This document shows positions 40,967-49,694 of a stretch of DNA of 64,000 bases, one piece after another. A program made the position numbers and the translations under genes. Below the pieces are notes generated by a model. It saw only the letters and a program-made list of their open reading frames with translations. It was not told the DNA's origin and did no database searches. Origin of the DNA: Pseudomonadota bacterium (GTDB lineage: Bacteria > Bdellovibrionota > Bacteriovoracia > Bacteriovoracales > Bacteriovoracaceae); the NCBI GenBank assembly GCA_027488375.1, contig JAIYBW010000010.1, forward strand, positions 113-64,112, read 5' to 3'. Every line of letters starts with the position of its first letter. Within the stretch, counting starts at the first letter, position 1.

Positions 40967-41275
40967 ATGAATTTCTTTAAAGTCGCAATCATTTCATCGT
41001 TAACCTTGTACTCTCTTTCATCTCTCGCTCATGTCATAGGCCAAAAAGATGTTGGCACTAGCAAGACGAGAGTTGAATACACAATTGTTTGTAATAATGG
41101 GCAACAGACAACAGTCATGGCAAATAGTAATCAAATGAAGGAAGTTGAAAAAATTGCTGGAGACTACTGTAAAAATAGAGGTGGTCTTGCCAAGAGAGAT
41201 GGAATTAAGAGTAACTTCGTAATTGAAGCTCCTAAACCTATACAAAATTCTCGCCCAGTTCAGAGAATACCATAA
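40967..41275 (+). CDS. Small secreted hypothetical protein
   Basis: GGAG RBS, signal peptide MNFFKVAIISSLTLYSLSSLA, one Cys pair. Confidence 0.7.
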   Translation: MNFFKVAIISSLTLYSLSSLAHVIGQKDVGTSKTRVEYTIVCNNGQQTTVMANSNQMKEVEKIAGDYCKNRGGLAKRDGIKSNFVIEAPKPIQNSRPVQRIP

Positions 41276-41444
41276 CATTAAAAAATCTGAACATATAAGA
41301 TACGTTTGCAAAGACTAAGGAAAAAGAAATACTAACCTTTCTAATACTTAGTATTGCAAAAATTTAGAATGTCGATCAGATTCCTCCTCCTTTCGGGTTT
41401 ATCAACACTTTGCAAATATTTTCTAAACAAGGGAGGATTTCTGC

Positions 41445-41472
41445 TTTTTGAGTTATAGTGATATAGGGTTAA
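41445..41472 (+). repeat. 28-bp candidate recombination site, copy 1
   Basis: TTTTTGAGTTATAGTGATATAGGGTTAA; 25/28 identical to 42123-42150, differing only in three central bases. Confidence 0.75.
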
Positions 41473-41588
41473 TTCAGGCTTTCCTTAATAACCAAAAAAT
41501 TGATTTTCTTGCTTCGAGAAAAATCTCTTTAATCTCAGGGCAAAAAATCCGATAGAATACCCATCAACCCCCAAAAAGAGAAAATAAG

Positions 41589-42086
41589 ATGAAATCCCTG
41601 CCCCTGAAAATGCTGACATACTTTCTGCTTTCATTCACCGCCACGGCTTTATGGGCAGAAAAAATGAACCCTCAACAGATCGCTGCCCAGGCCAGGCAAG
41701 GCCAGGCCCGGGTAGCCTTAAATGAAATCGCCATGGCCCAGACCGTCTTTCACATTGATCATGAGTTTTATACCAGTGACCTGAAAAAATTAGAAATCAG
41801 CAACACCGAAAAATCTTTTTATAAAGTGGGCTTTATTGAAGCCTCCAAAGAAAAAGCGGATGGTGTGAATCCCCAAAACTTCAATTCCGATGCCCTCAAG
41901 TGGAACTATGATAGTTCCTATGGGATTGATAAACTTAAATGGGCGGAAGCTAAAAAGCACTGCAAGGATTGCGTGGCCCAAAAATCTAAATTCAAAGCCA
42001 TTGCAATTGGTTATATCCCTAAACTCGATGTCTGGACTATTGATCAGGACAAGAAACTTCAGCATGTGATCGATGGTAGCAAATGA
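41589..42086 (+). CDS. Type IV pilin-like globular domain with a Sec-type signal peptide
   Basis: ARQGQARVALNEIAMAQTVF...Y, YKVGF, FKAIAIG, DVWTIDQDKKL match deltaproteobacterial PilA head motifs, but the N-terminus (TATALWA|E) has no G|FxxxE prepilin helix. Confidence 0.7.
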   Translation: MKSLPLKMLTYFLLSFTATALWAEKMNPQQIAAQARQGQARVALNEIAMAQTVFHIDHEFYTSDLKKLEISNTEKSFYKVGFIEASKEKADGVNPQNFNSDALKWNYDSSYGIDKLKWAEAKKHCKDCVAQKSKFKAIAIGYIPKLDVWTIDQDKKLQHVIDGSK

Positions 42087-42090
42087 AGCA

Positions 42091-42106
42091 TCAGTTTAAA
42101 AACTGA
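42091..42106. terminator. Short hairpin after the pilin-like gene
   Basis: TCAGTTT-AA-AAACTGA inverted repeat 4 nt after the stop. Confidence 0.4.
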
Positions 42107-42122
42107 CCCAGTTCATTTCTTA

Positions 42123-42150
42123 TTTTTGAGTTATGCGGATATAGGGTTAA
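42123..42150 (+). repeat. 28-bp candidate recombination site, copy 2
   Basis: TTTTTGAGTTATGCGGATATAGGGTTAA, 48 bp beyond the recombinase stop codon. Confidence 0.75.
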
Positions 42151-42198
42151 ACAGCACTGTGTTTTTTAGCGACTTCATCAAAATACATCATGACATTT

Positions 42199-43170
42199 CT
42201 ACAACTCAAAACTCAGCGATTGATGAATCCTCTGTTTTCTCTTGTTATAGGCTTTGGTCGTAGCAATATCCTTATGACCCACAAAATCGGCCACACGATC
42301 AATGGAGTGCCCCTTCTCGAGAAGCATCCCGATCACTGTTGAGCGCGCCGAGTGAACTGTCACATTGCCCTTAATCCCAATTAATTCAGCATATTTTTTG
42401 ATCATATAATTCATGGAGGATCCGTCGAGGCGCTTATTGAGGTCCCCCGAAGTGGGATTGGTGGTGGGGCGAAAAATAAAATCATCCATATCCATAGAGA
42501 AACCCGATTCAGAGCACCACTTCAAATAAGTCCCTATGGCATCGATCGCCCGAGAATTAAGGGGAGTGACCATTTCCTTCGCACCCTTGGCGATATAGCG
42601 CAGAACCAAAAATTCATTTTCATAATCAAGGTTTTTAAATTTGAGATTGGCCAGCTCAGACTGACGCATGCCCGTGGTAAAGAGCAGGGTTAAGATCGCC
42701 CGATGAAGCTTTCCTGATGCCGATTCGGTAGAAATAATATCGAGAAGCTTTTCAACCTGTTCATTACTCAGATCAACGGTCTTCCCCTCTTTAGGAACTT
42801 TGAAGCGTCTGATCCTTTGAACCGGATTAACCGTTACAAGTCCCTGATCTAGTAAGTATTCATAAAATGCAAATAGACAGGCAAAGCTTCTGTTAATCGT
42901 ATTTTGAGAAAGTTTCTTGGCCCTTTCTCCGCCCAAAGAAATGAGCTCATCCTTATAGGCCACAAGATGAGCATGCCCAACTTCAAATTCTGAAATTCCT
43001 TGCATTCTGAATTTCAGGAAACCATAGAACTTTTTAAGTTCTTTTAAGTAGGCCCTTCTCGTATTTGGAGATGAGTAGTTATAAAGAAATCCATAGTAGA
43101 TCTTATTTCGTTCTGAATCTTTTAAGTTCAGAACTTCGGAAGTTCTAAAGTCTCGAATCTCGCCTTCCAT
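42199..43170 (-). CDS. Xer-family tyrosine recombinase (probable plasmid resolvase)
   Basis: SAM-like N-domain (SPNTRRAY, SQNTINRS); full catalytic set GMRQSEL, K, HSAR, GH, Y (TKAY). Start at ATG 43170, overlapping the upstream stop (TAATG). Confidence 0.93.
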   Translation of the reverse strand: MEGEIRDFRTSEVLNLKDSERNKIYYGFLYNYSSPNTRRAYLKELKKFYGFLKFRMQGISEFEVGHAHLVAYKDELISLGGERAKKLSQNTINRSFACLFAFYEYLLDQGLVTVNPVQRIRRFKVPKEGKTVDLSNEQVEKLLDIISTESASGKLHRAILTLLFTTGMRQSELANLKFKNLDYENEFLVLRYIAKGAKEMVTPLNSRAIDAIGTYLKWCSESGFSMDMDDFIFRPTTNPTSGDLNKRLDGSSMNYMIKKYAELIGIKGNVTVHSARSTVIGMLLEKGHSIDRVADFVGHKDIATTKAYNKRKQRIHQSLSFEL

Positions 43171-43853
43171 TATTGATCTCCGGCCCGATTTGATATCCAA
43201 CTCAGAGCAAACTGATATGTTGACCATTCTTTATCAGTGAGATTCTTTTTAAGATCCACGACTTCCATCTTTAGAAGCCCAAGGATAATGCGAAAATTAG
43301 AAATCGACTTCTCAAGATCGGCCATGACACGTTCATTTTCGCTGAACTTTTCAGACCGTTTATAGTTTCTTGAAAAAGTATCTATATTATTAGCAACTAT
43401 GCGAAGTGATTCTTGAACCGAACGGATCTGTTCTTTTTCTCTCTTCTGATATTTTAGAAAAGAATCCATAATGAATCGGATCTTTCTCCCCCTACCCTTG
43501 GTGTTCTTTTCCTGAAAACTGGCCTTATCTAAAAGTTCAATATGCTCTTTAGATAAGCAAATCGTGATATTTTTTGCCTTATCCTCTTTTGACTTAGTGG
43601 GCCTGCCCTTTCCCCGCTTGATTTCAACTGATTCACAAACCGGTGCTGGAGATTTCTCAAAAAATTCAAAAATCACCTTACCTAAGCGCAGCTGTTCTTT
43701 GCGCTTTTCATCTGTTTCCGGAATTTGAGGCGCTAGCAAAGACGGATTTCTAATAATGGCCCGTTCCTGAGTCAGGGTACTTGATGCCCTCTTTTCCTTT
43801 GAGTCTCTCAAAAGAGATCTGAGTGCGAGTTTTGATGATGACATATCTTCCAT
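43170..43853 (-). CDS. Ribbon-helix-helix-like DNA-binding protein with AT-hook-like GRP motif and coiled-coil tail
   Basis: KRGKGRPTKSKEDKAKNITICLSKEHIELLD...RKIRFIMDSF; translationally coupled to the recombinase. Confidence 0.6.
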   Translation of the reverse strand: MEDMSSSKLALRSLLRDSKEKRASSTLTQERAIIRNPSLLAPQIPETDEKRKEQLRLGKVIFEFFEKSPAPVCESVEIKRGKGRPTKSKEDKAKNITICLSKEHIELLDKASFQEKNTKGRGRKIRFIMDSFLKYQKREKEQIRSVQESLRIVANNIDTFSRNYKRSEKFSENERVMADLEKSISNFRIILGLLKMEVVDLKKNLTDKEWSTYQFALSWISNRAGDQ

Positions 43854-43910
43854 AATATTTTCCCGTCAGTAGCACAGTGTTTTTTAACAATTTCTCAGCG
43901 GGCCCTAAAT

Positions 43911-43940
43911 CATCCTTGATAATGCCCGTTATCAGGGATG
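43911..43940. promoter_or_regulatory. Inverted repeat upstream of the RHH-recombinase operon (operator candidate)
   Basis: CATCCTTGATAA-TGCCCG-TTATCAGGGATG, 11/12 paired. Confidence 0.45.
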
Positions 43941-44303
43941 AAAACACCCATTTGAACTGAGCTAGTTTATTTATTTTAACTGATCGAATTTAAATGAGTA
44001 GCTTTTTTCATTTGATGATTTAATTCAACTAATCTGTTCGTTTCATTCGTGAATTAAAATATTTTCATACTGACTTTACTCAATGAGGACCTTGGCATGA
44101 TGAAACTTCAAAGATTTAGTTCTCAGGACTAACAAAGTTTAAAAAAGACGTGTGAGGACTAGAGAAATTCTGAGCAATTTAAAAAAATCAAAAACTTTGG
44201 GCCGACTGAAAGATCAAAAAATATGTATTGTTTGAAATCGGCCCAAAATTTCCGTCACTCGTGTGAGCAATGGAGATATCTTTATTTTAACTCAATTCTC
44301 CAA

Positions 44304-44812
44304 AAGTTCAAAGATAAAGTGCTTTAGCAGTTTTTAGAGCTTAATCACTTCACATAAAGTTCATTTTAAAATTTTCATTTTCTTATTTCCGAAGTTCAGA
44401 ACTTCTGTAATCAAACTTTTTAAAAAGATAGGACCATAAATTTCAACAATTGCCCCTATGTAAAAGAACCCTTGTTTTCAGGTGCTTAAGACGAGAAATC
44501 AATTCAGAACTTCTGAAGTCATCACGCTTTTGGTATATCGATAGACAGAAGAAAATTTATCTTCCTTGCCCCTACTTCGGAACTTCTACATTTCTAAACT
44601 ACACTACTTATAAACTTCATAAGTTCAGCACTTCATAAGTTCACCGGTTCTTCACTTCAAAAGTTTCAAAGTTAAAAAGTTCAACACTTCAACAGTGTGT
44701 AACTTTGAAAGTTCCAAAATTCTGAAATTCACTAATTAGAAACTTTCATACTTCATTACTTCTTAATTGCAAAAGTTCTGAAGTGCCGTAATATAGAAGT
44801 TAAGAACTGCAG
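44304..44812. repeat. Centromere-like (parS/parC-type) field of AAGTTC/GAACTT and ACTTCA motifs
   Basis: Dense direct and inverted copies, including the perfect palindrome GAAGTTC-A-GAACTTC at 44391-44405, directly upstream of parA. Confidence 0.7.
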
Positions 44813-44817
44813 AAATT

Positions 44818-45696
44818 ATGGAGGATTTGCATATGAAAAATGGAAAGGTCATTTCCGTTATAAATCAAAAAGGTGGCGTTTTAAAGACGACGACTGTACT
44901 TCACCTCGGTTCGGCTTTAGCGAGAATGGGGAAGAAGGTTCTTTTGATCGACCTGGATGTTTCTCAAGCAAATCTTACGATTTCAACCATCGGACAACTT
45001 GATGAAGAGGGTAGGGGAGTTCTGCATGCCTTTTTCAAGGACTGTACTTTAAATCAAGTGACCTATCCAACTTCTCAAGAAAACCTTTTTATTGTTCCCT
45101 CTGAGATCAAATATAAAGGTCGCACGATTCCTCTTGATGTTGCCCTTGCTTCTCAACCTGGATCAGACCAAATCTTGAAAAAGCTACTTAAGCCAATGAC
45201 CAGTGAGTATGACTTCATCATTATAGACAATGGCCCGACTCTTGGTATCGCTACCCTAAATTCACTCATCGCTTCAGAGTATTTCCTAATTCCTACTCTT
45301 GCTGATTACCTTTCTCTTGTTGGTGTTCAGAAAACTATGGAAACAATTGAGCAGATTCGAGAGAACCTCGATCACGAAATCGAAAATTTGGGCCTCGTGT
45401 TAACGATGATTGATGGACGCGAATCAATTGCTAAGGATTCTGAAACAATCCTTAATAATGCATTTGAAGGAAAAGTCTTTAATACATGTATTCAGAGAAA
45501 TTCAAAATTCAAAGAGCTTGCTCAGAATCAAACAACCATCTTTGATGTCACTAAGAATTCTGATAAGGGGAATAAAAATTACCGCGAGCTTGCAGAAGAA
45601 GTGATGAATAGACTTGGTATGAAGTCAGAAATCAAAAACATCAATAAAACAAACAAAATGAAAAATACTGAAGTTTCTGCTGGAGGTATGCAATGA
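44818..45696 (+). CDS. parA: ParA-family partition ATPase
   Basis: Deviant Walker A NQKGGVLKTT, LIDLD, IIIDNGP, IPTLADYLS; no N-terminal HTH (type Ib-like). Alternative start 44833. Confidence 0.92.
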   Translation: MEDLHMKNGKVISVINQKGGVLKTTTVLHLGSALARMGKKVLLIDLDVSQANLTISTIGQLDEEGRGVLHAFFKDCTLNQVTYPTSQENLFIVPSEIKYKGRTIPLDVALASQPGSDQILKKLLKPMTSEYDFIIIDNGPTLGIATLNSLIASEYFLIPTLADYLSLVGVQKTMETIEQIRENLDHEIENLGLVLTMIDGRESIAKDSETILNNAFEGKVFNTCIQRNSKFKELAQNQTTIFDVTKNSDKGNKNYRELAEEVMNRLGMKSEIKNINKTNKMKNTEVSAGGMQ

Positions 45697-46271
45697 GCCT
45701 AGATGTAAATAATTTCAATCTTTTTGCTAAAAAATCTTCGCCTAAGCCAACTCCGATGCCTATCGCTTCTAGCACTAAAGAAGTTATTGAGAAAGAAATT
45801 GAAAAATTCGACGCGGAAATTGTTGAAGCTCCTCTTGTACTTGCTAATAGCAACAATCAAACTATCGAAATCGCCCCAGTTGTTAAAACTGTAGAGATTG
45901 AGAGATTTGAAGATGTTCGTCCGGCCATGGTGAATGTTTCTGCCCAAATGAATAATTATAAAAATATTGAAAAGAACAAAGAAACATCGCCCCTTAGAAA
46001 ATTTGAAACATTTGCGGCCCCCACTTTCAGAATTCCTCAGGAGCATGATTTTGAGCTCAAAAGAATTGAGCAGACAATCATGAGAAATCGCAGAAAAGGT
46101 CAAAATACTGATTCTAGAGAGCGCATTACTTCAAATACTGTTGTCCGCGCCCTTATCTCAAACTTCCTTGATCGAGTAGGAGATATGGATCTATCAAATA
46201 TAGATAATGAAGAGGTATTAAAAGAGAGAATGGAGAAGGTTTTTAAGCAGAAGTATAATAAGAAAATTTAA
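45693..46271 (+). CDS. Probable centromere-binding partner of ParA (disordered N-terminus, C-terminal RHH-like domain)
   Basis: ATGA overlap with parA; TFRIPQEHDFELKRIE...ITSNTVVRALISNFL strand-helix-helix pattern; no ParB CTPase box. Confidence 0.65.
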   Translation: MSLDVNNFNLFAKKSSPKPTPMPIASSTKEVIEKEIEKFDAEIVEAPLVLANSNNQTIEIAPVVKTVEIERFEDVRPAMVNVSAQMNNYKNIEKNKETSPLRKFETFAAPTFRIPQEHDFELKRIEQTIMRNRRKGQNTDSRERITSNTVVRALISNFLDRVGDMDLSNIDNEEVLKERMEKVFKQKYNKKI

Positions 46272-46283
46272 CTGAAAATATTA

Positions 46284-47375
46284 TCAATTCATTGAACTTG
46301 GGGGAAATTTAGTTATTTTCCCAAGTTCATTTCTTTCAATCTTATCCACAGATTTAATCTCATCAATGATAATTGGCAAAATACTTTCTTGAAACATTTC
46401 AGGGATTTTGCTGTCTATTGATTTATCAAATTCTAATAACAGGATGCATCCCTTGCGCTCGTTAGGTCGTACGACAAGATCCATTTTTCCCCAAATATCA
46501 AATTCCAACATATGTCGATCAAGTTTCTCTTTTAATTCAAAAAGATCTATTAATCTTCCCGATGATTTAATTTTGCCATCATATCGACCTAGAGGTGTAA
46601 GGAAATCATCCTTGATAAAGCCAAGATCAGGTAAAGGATAAAAACCATCCTCATCAAGGTATTCCTTAGAAGATGTTAACTTCCAGACATTTTCCAATTT
46701 AATTTCAAACGAAAACAAACTCAGGCCTTTAATCCAAAGTCTTTTCTCCCGATCTGTTTTAAGTTCATGAATTTTTAAAATTTTTAATTCTCTATCAGTT
46801 GATGACTTTGCTGTCGCAATTTGTGACCCTAGTTCACTCATGCCAAAAGTTCTGACAATGGGCCAGCCGAGTAGCCTCGCTTTTTCTTCAAGAGCTATGC
46901 TTAAAAAATCGCCGCCTACAAGAACACATTTAAGCATATGAGGGGCACGTACTTGGTATTTTACAAGATCATAAACTTGAGTTGGCACCAAAGAAATAAC
47001 AGTAACTTTATTTTTAATGATTTTATTACTGATATCAATAGGGTCCCATGGATAGAGATCAATAGGGGTATGTCCGAGAAGTGAAGCCCTAAATAAAACA
47101 CTTATCCCACCCACATGAAATGGAGGTAGTGATAACCCCCAAATATCATCAGAGGTTAGTCCTAAATGACTATTCACTGACTGTGCATTATAGATTAAGG
47201 CCTCTTTTGTAAAAACATATCCCTTTGGTTCTAAAGAGGTCGTTCCGGATGAAAGAAAAACGACATGACCGCTAATTCCATTTGAATTTAAAAACTCACT
47301 AAGACCTCTACGTAAATGTTCAAATTTCGGCGCAAGAATAATGAGATTCTCATTTGAGTTCATAAGAGGGTCCAA
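46284..47375 (-). CDS. menE: o-succinylbenzoate-CoA ligase
   Basis: AMP-binding LSSGTTSLEPKG, LPPFHVGG, SLVPTQ, TFGMSE; men operon context. Confidence 0.85.
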   Translation of the reverse strand: MDPLMNSNENLIILAPKFEHLRRGLSEFLNSNGISGHVVFLSSGTTSLEPKGYVFTKEALIYNAQSVNSHLGLTSDDIWGLSLPPFHVGGISVLFRASLLGHTPIDLYPWDPIDISNKIIKNKVTVISLVPTQVYDLVKYQVRAPHMLKCVLVGGDFLSIALEEKARLLGWPIVRTFGMSELGSQIATAKSSTDRELKILKIHELKTDREKRLWIKGLSLFSFEIKLENVWKLTSSKEYLDEDGFYPLPDLGFIKDDFLTPLGRYDGKIKSSGRLIDLFELKEKLDRHMLEFDIWGKMDLVVRPNERKGCILLLEFDKSIDSKIPEMFQESILPIIIDEIKSVDKIERNELGKITKFPPSSMN

Positions 47376-48196
47376 TTTAAAGATGCAATCTCCTTAATAT
47401 AACTCTCTAGCTCAGACTTATTAGGTAAAAAACCTTCATTGTAATTTCCAGAAAAGAGATCAGAGGAATCCTGATAGATTGAATTGGTTAGAATGCCATG
47501 AAACTCATTCAGATCACCTGAATGAACTAATTCCAAATAAGACTGATAATTAGATAATCCATGACCCATGTTACCACTGAAAATAATACGTTTAGGGTCC
47601 TGAGAAAAAAAATCCCTGTAGGGTTTGAAAATTTTTACATCAGAAGGGGATCCTTGGATAAAATCTTGGGCACAAGGAAGCAAGATATTTTTCCATTGGC
47701 CATCATCGATGGGGTCTTCAATATAATCAATAAAGCGAATAAACTCTTGAGGTATACTAGAGAAAAAATTTCGCCATGATTCTTGAGAAAAAAGTCCATT
47801 GGCATCAAGACGCAGGATATGCTTATCTTCTAATAATTCAAGAAATCCAAAATCATCTTTGTGGCGGATCTTATATTTTATAATCTTTGCGTGAGGTGAA
47901 TCACCTTTCTGAAAGAACTGATGATTGAAAAATCGTATATTTACGCCTAAATCTATCCATTTAGCATCTAATAAATAAAGCGCCTTTTTTTGGGCAAGAG
48001 TCTTTTGTTCTTTAAATGTCTTGAGAAATTCATCTACGCTTTCATCGCCAAGCTCTGGATGTGGGAAATACTCACAGTAACCAATCCCTTTATCAGATTC
48101 AGACTTGAGAAAAACCCCTTCACGAATATGAGTCGAGCTTAAATAATTAAGTTCAACTTTCGGCCGAAGCTTAAATCGATGAAATGAAATCTTCAT
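47360..48196 (-). CDS. menC: o-succinylbenzoate synthase (short form)
   Basis: KYK, LRLDANG, YIEDP enolase-superfamily motifs; operon context. Confidence 0.78.
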   Translation of the reverse strand: MKISFHRFKLRPKVELNYLSSTHIREGVFLKSESDKGIGYCEYFPHPELGDESVDEFLKTFKEQKTLAQKKALYLLDAKWIDLGVNIRFFNHQFFQKGDSPHAKIIKYKIRHKDDFGFLELLEDKHILRLDANGLFSQESWRNFFSSIPQEFIRFIDYIEDPIDDGQWKNILLPCAQDFIQGSPSDVKIFKPYRDFFSQDPKRIIFSGNMGHGLSNYQSYLELVHSGDLNEFHGILTNSIYQDSSDLFSGNYNEGFLPNKSELESYIKEIASLNWTLL

Positions 48197-49047
48197 ACTT
48201 GTATTGAAACTAAAAATAAAACACTAAAAACCACTAAATGAATGCCTGAAAACTTTAGACCAAGATTTAATTGCTCATCCTTTGCAAAAAGTACGATCTT
48301 AGCAAGCTTTAAAGCAGGAATAAGAGCAAGGAAAGTTAGATAAATGAATCCTTCGTGTTTGAAAAAATGAAGAAGGATGTAGGGTAGAAAAATTGTAAGT
48401 AGCGTTAAGCGTATGTAATTTTTAGAACTCATTTTGGTAGCCAGAGTTAATTTGCCAACCTTCTTATCCTCATCTTTATCACGTAGATTATTTATGCAAA
48501 TAAAGGTTGTCGTTAAGCAACCATAGATAATAGCAAGAATCAAAACTTGAAGATTTAATTGCGAAGAAAAAAGATAGTAAGAACCAAGAATTGAAAATAG
48601 ACCAAAAAATAAAAAAACAAAAATTTCCCCTAAGCCTTTATAAGCAAGAGGAAGAGGGCCTCCAGTATAACCATAACTTAAATAAAGAGAAATAACGCCA
48701 AGGAGAGCATAAGGCCATCCACCCTTGAGCAGGATTGGAATAGCTGAAATCATGGCAAATAAAACAAAAAAAATCGCCCAACGAAAAGTAACCTCAGGCC
48801 GAATAAGACCCGAAGCCGTCACACGTGTTGGACCTTTTCTATTGGTATCGGCACCCTTCTTAAAATCAATCACATCGTTAAAAAAATTTGTGGCAATCTG
48901 AATACATAAAGCACTAATGAGGCAAGAAATAAAAATCAAATAAGGTCGATCAACAAAATGAACTTGAAAATAAATAAAACTCACAACTGGCGGAATTAGA
49001 CTCGCCAGAAGTGTTTTAGGTCTCATGGCCAAGATTAAATTATTCAT
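48193..49047 (-). CDS. menA: 1,4-dihydroxy-2-naphthoate prenyltransferase
   Basis: RPKTL, NDVIDFKKGAD, YTGGPLPLAYKGLGE, NNLRD..ED..VGK.TLA. Confidence 0.92.
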   Translation of the reverse strand: MNNLILAMRPKTLLASLIPPVVSFIYFQVHFVDRPYLIFISCLISALCIQIATNFFNDVIDFKKGADTNRKGPTRVTASGLIRPEVTFRWAIFFVLFAMISAIPILLKGGWPYALLGVISLYLSYGYTGGPLPLAYKGLGEIFVFLFFGLFSILGSYYLFSSQLNLQVLILAIIYGCLTTTFICINNLRDKDEDKKVGKLTLATKMSSKNYIRLTLLTIFLPYILLHFFKHEGFIYLTFLALIPALKLAKIVLFAKDEQLNLGLKFSGIHLVVFSVLFLVSIQV

Positions 49048-49694
49048 AGATTGATCTCACTATTAATTATTTCTTGAATATACTTTTTCTTTAAATGAAC
49101 ACGATGATCAGACTGAATACCAATGGTTTTAATACCGCGAAGGGCAAGATTCCATGCAATCTCAGCATATTTTTTATCTTGATAACCAAAAACATAAAGA
49201 ATTTTCTCTCTATTATTATTCATTTCTTCAAAATAATTTGGCTGCTGTGAAAGACGATGATTTTCAAAAAGGGTGATTGATTTTTTAAATAAAGCCTTGT
49301 CAATTGGTCGATAGTCTTGGGATTGATTAAAAAGTGGTAGTGAATTCCAGTAAGTGAAAAAGTCATCGAGAGAACTTGTTCGCAGTCTCAAGATAATCTC
49401 CTCCTCCCAAAGCATTCTATCCTCAATTTCGCTGGATTCCAGTCCTGGATGTGAACTCAAAAGAATCACTTTTTTTACATCAAAATTATTGTTTACAGCT
49501 ACTCTTAAAGCAACTCGACCACCTAATGAATAACCGACCAGAATATCATTTGGGCCTATTTTCAGTTGATTTATATCTTCAACGGTTAAATCATAAAGAT
49601 TATAAATTCTTGTCGAATGTTCATCGAATTTGTAATTATTCCACATAGTAGGATGGTCGAATTGACCGTGAAAAAAATGAATCATGAGTCCCAT
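49044..49694 (-). CDS. menH: SHCHC synthase (alpha/beta hydrolase)
   Basis: HGQF, GYSLGGRVAL, SSHPGL, DKKY; operon context. Confidence 0.82.
   Translation of the reverse strand: MGLMIHFFHGQFDHPTMWNNYKFDEHSTRIYNLYDLTVEDINQLKIGPNDILVGYSLGGRVALRVAVNNNFDVKKVILLSSHPGLESSEIEDRMLWEEEIILRLRTSSLDDFFTYWNSLPLFNQSQDYRPIDKALFKKSITLFENHRLSQQPNYFEEMNNNREKILYVFGYQDKKYAEIAWNLALRGIKTIGIQSDHRVHLKKKYIQEIINSEINL

Noticed and set aside
46342-46350. Perfect DnaA box TTATCCACA
   Set aside because: Single copy inside menE, 9 kb from the iteron array.
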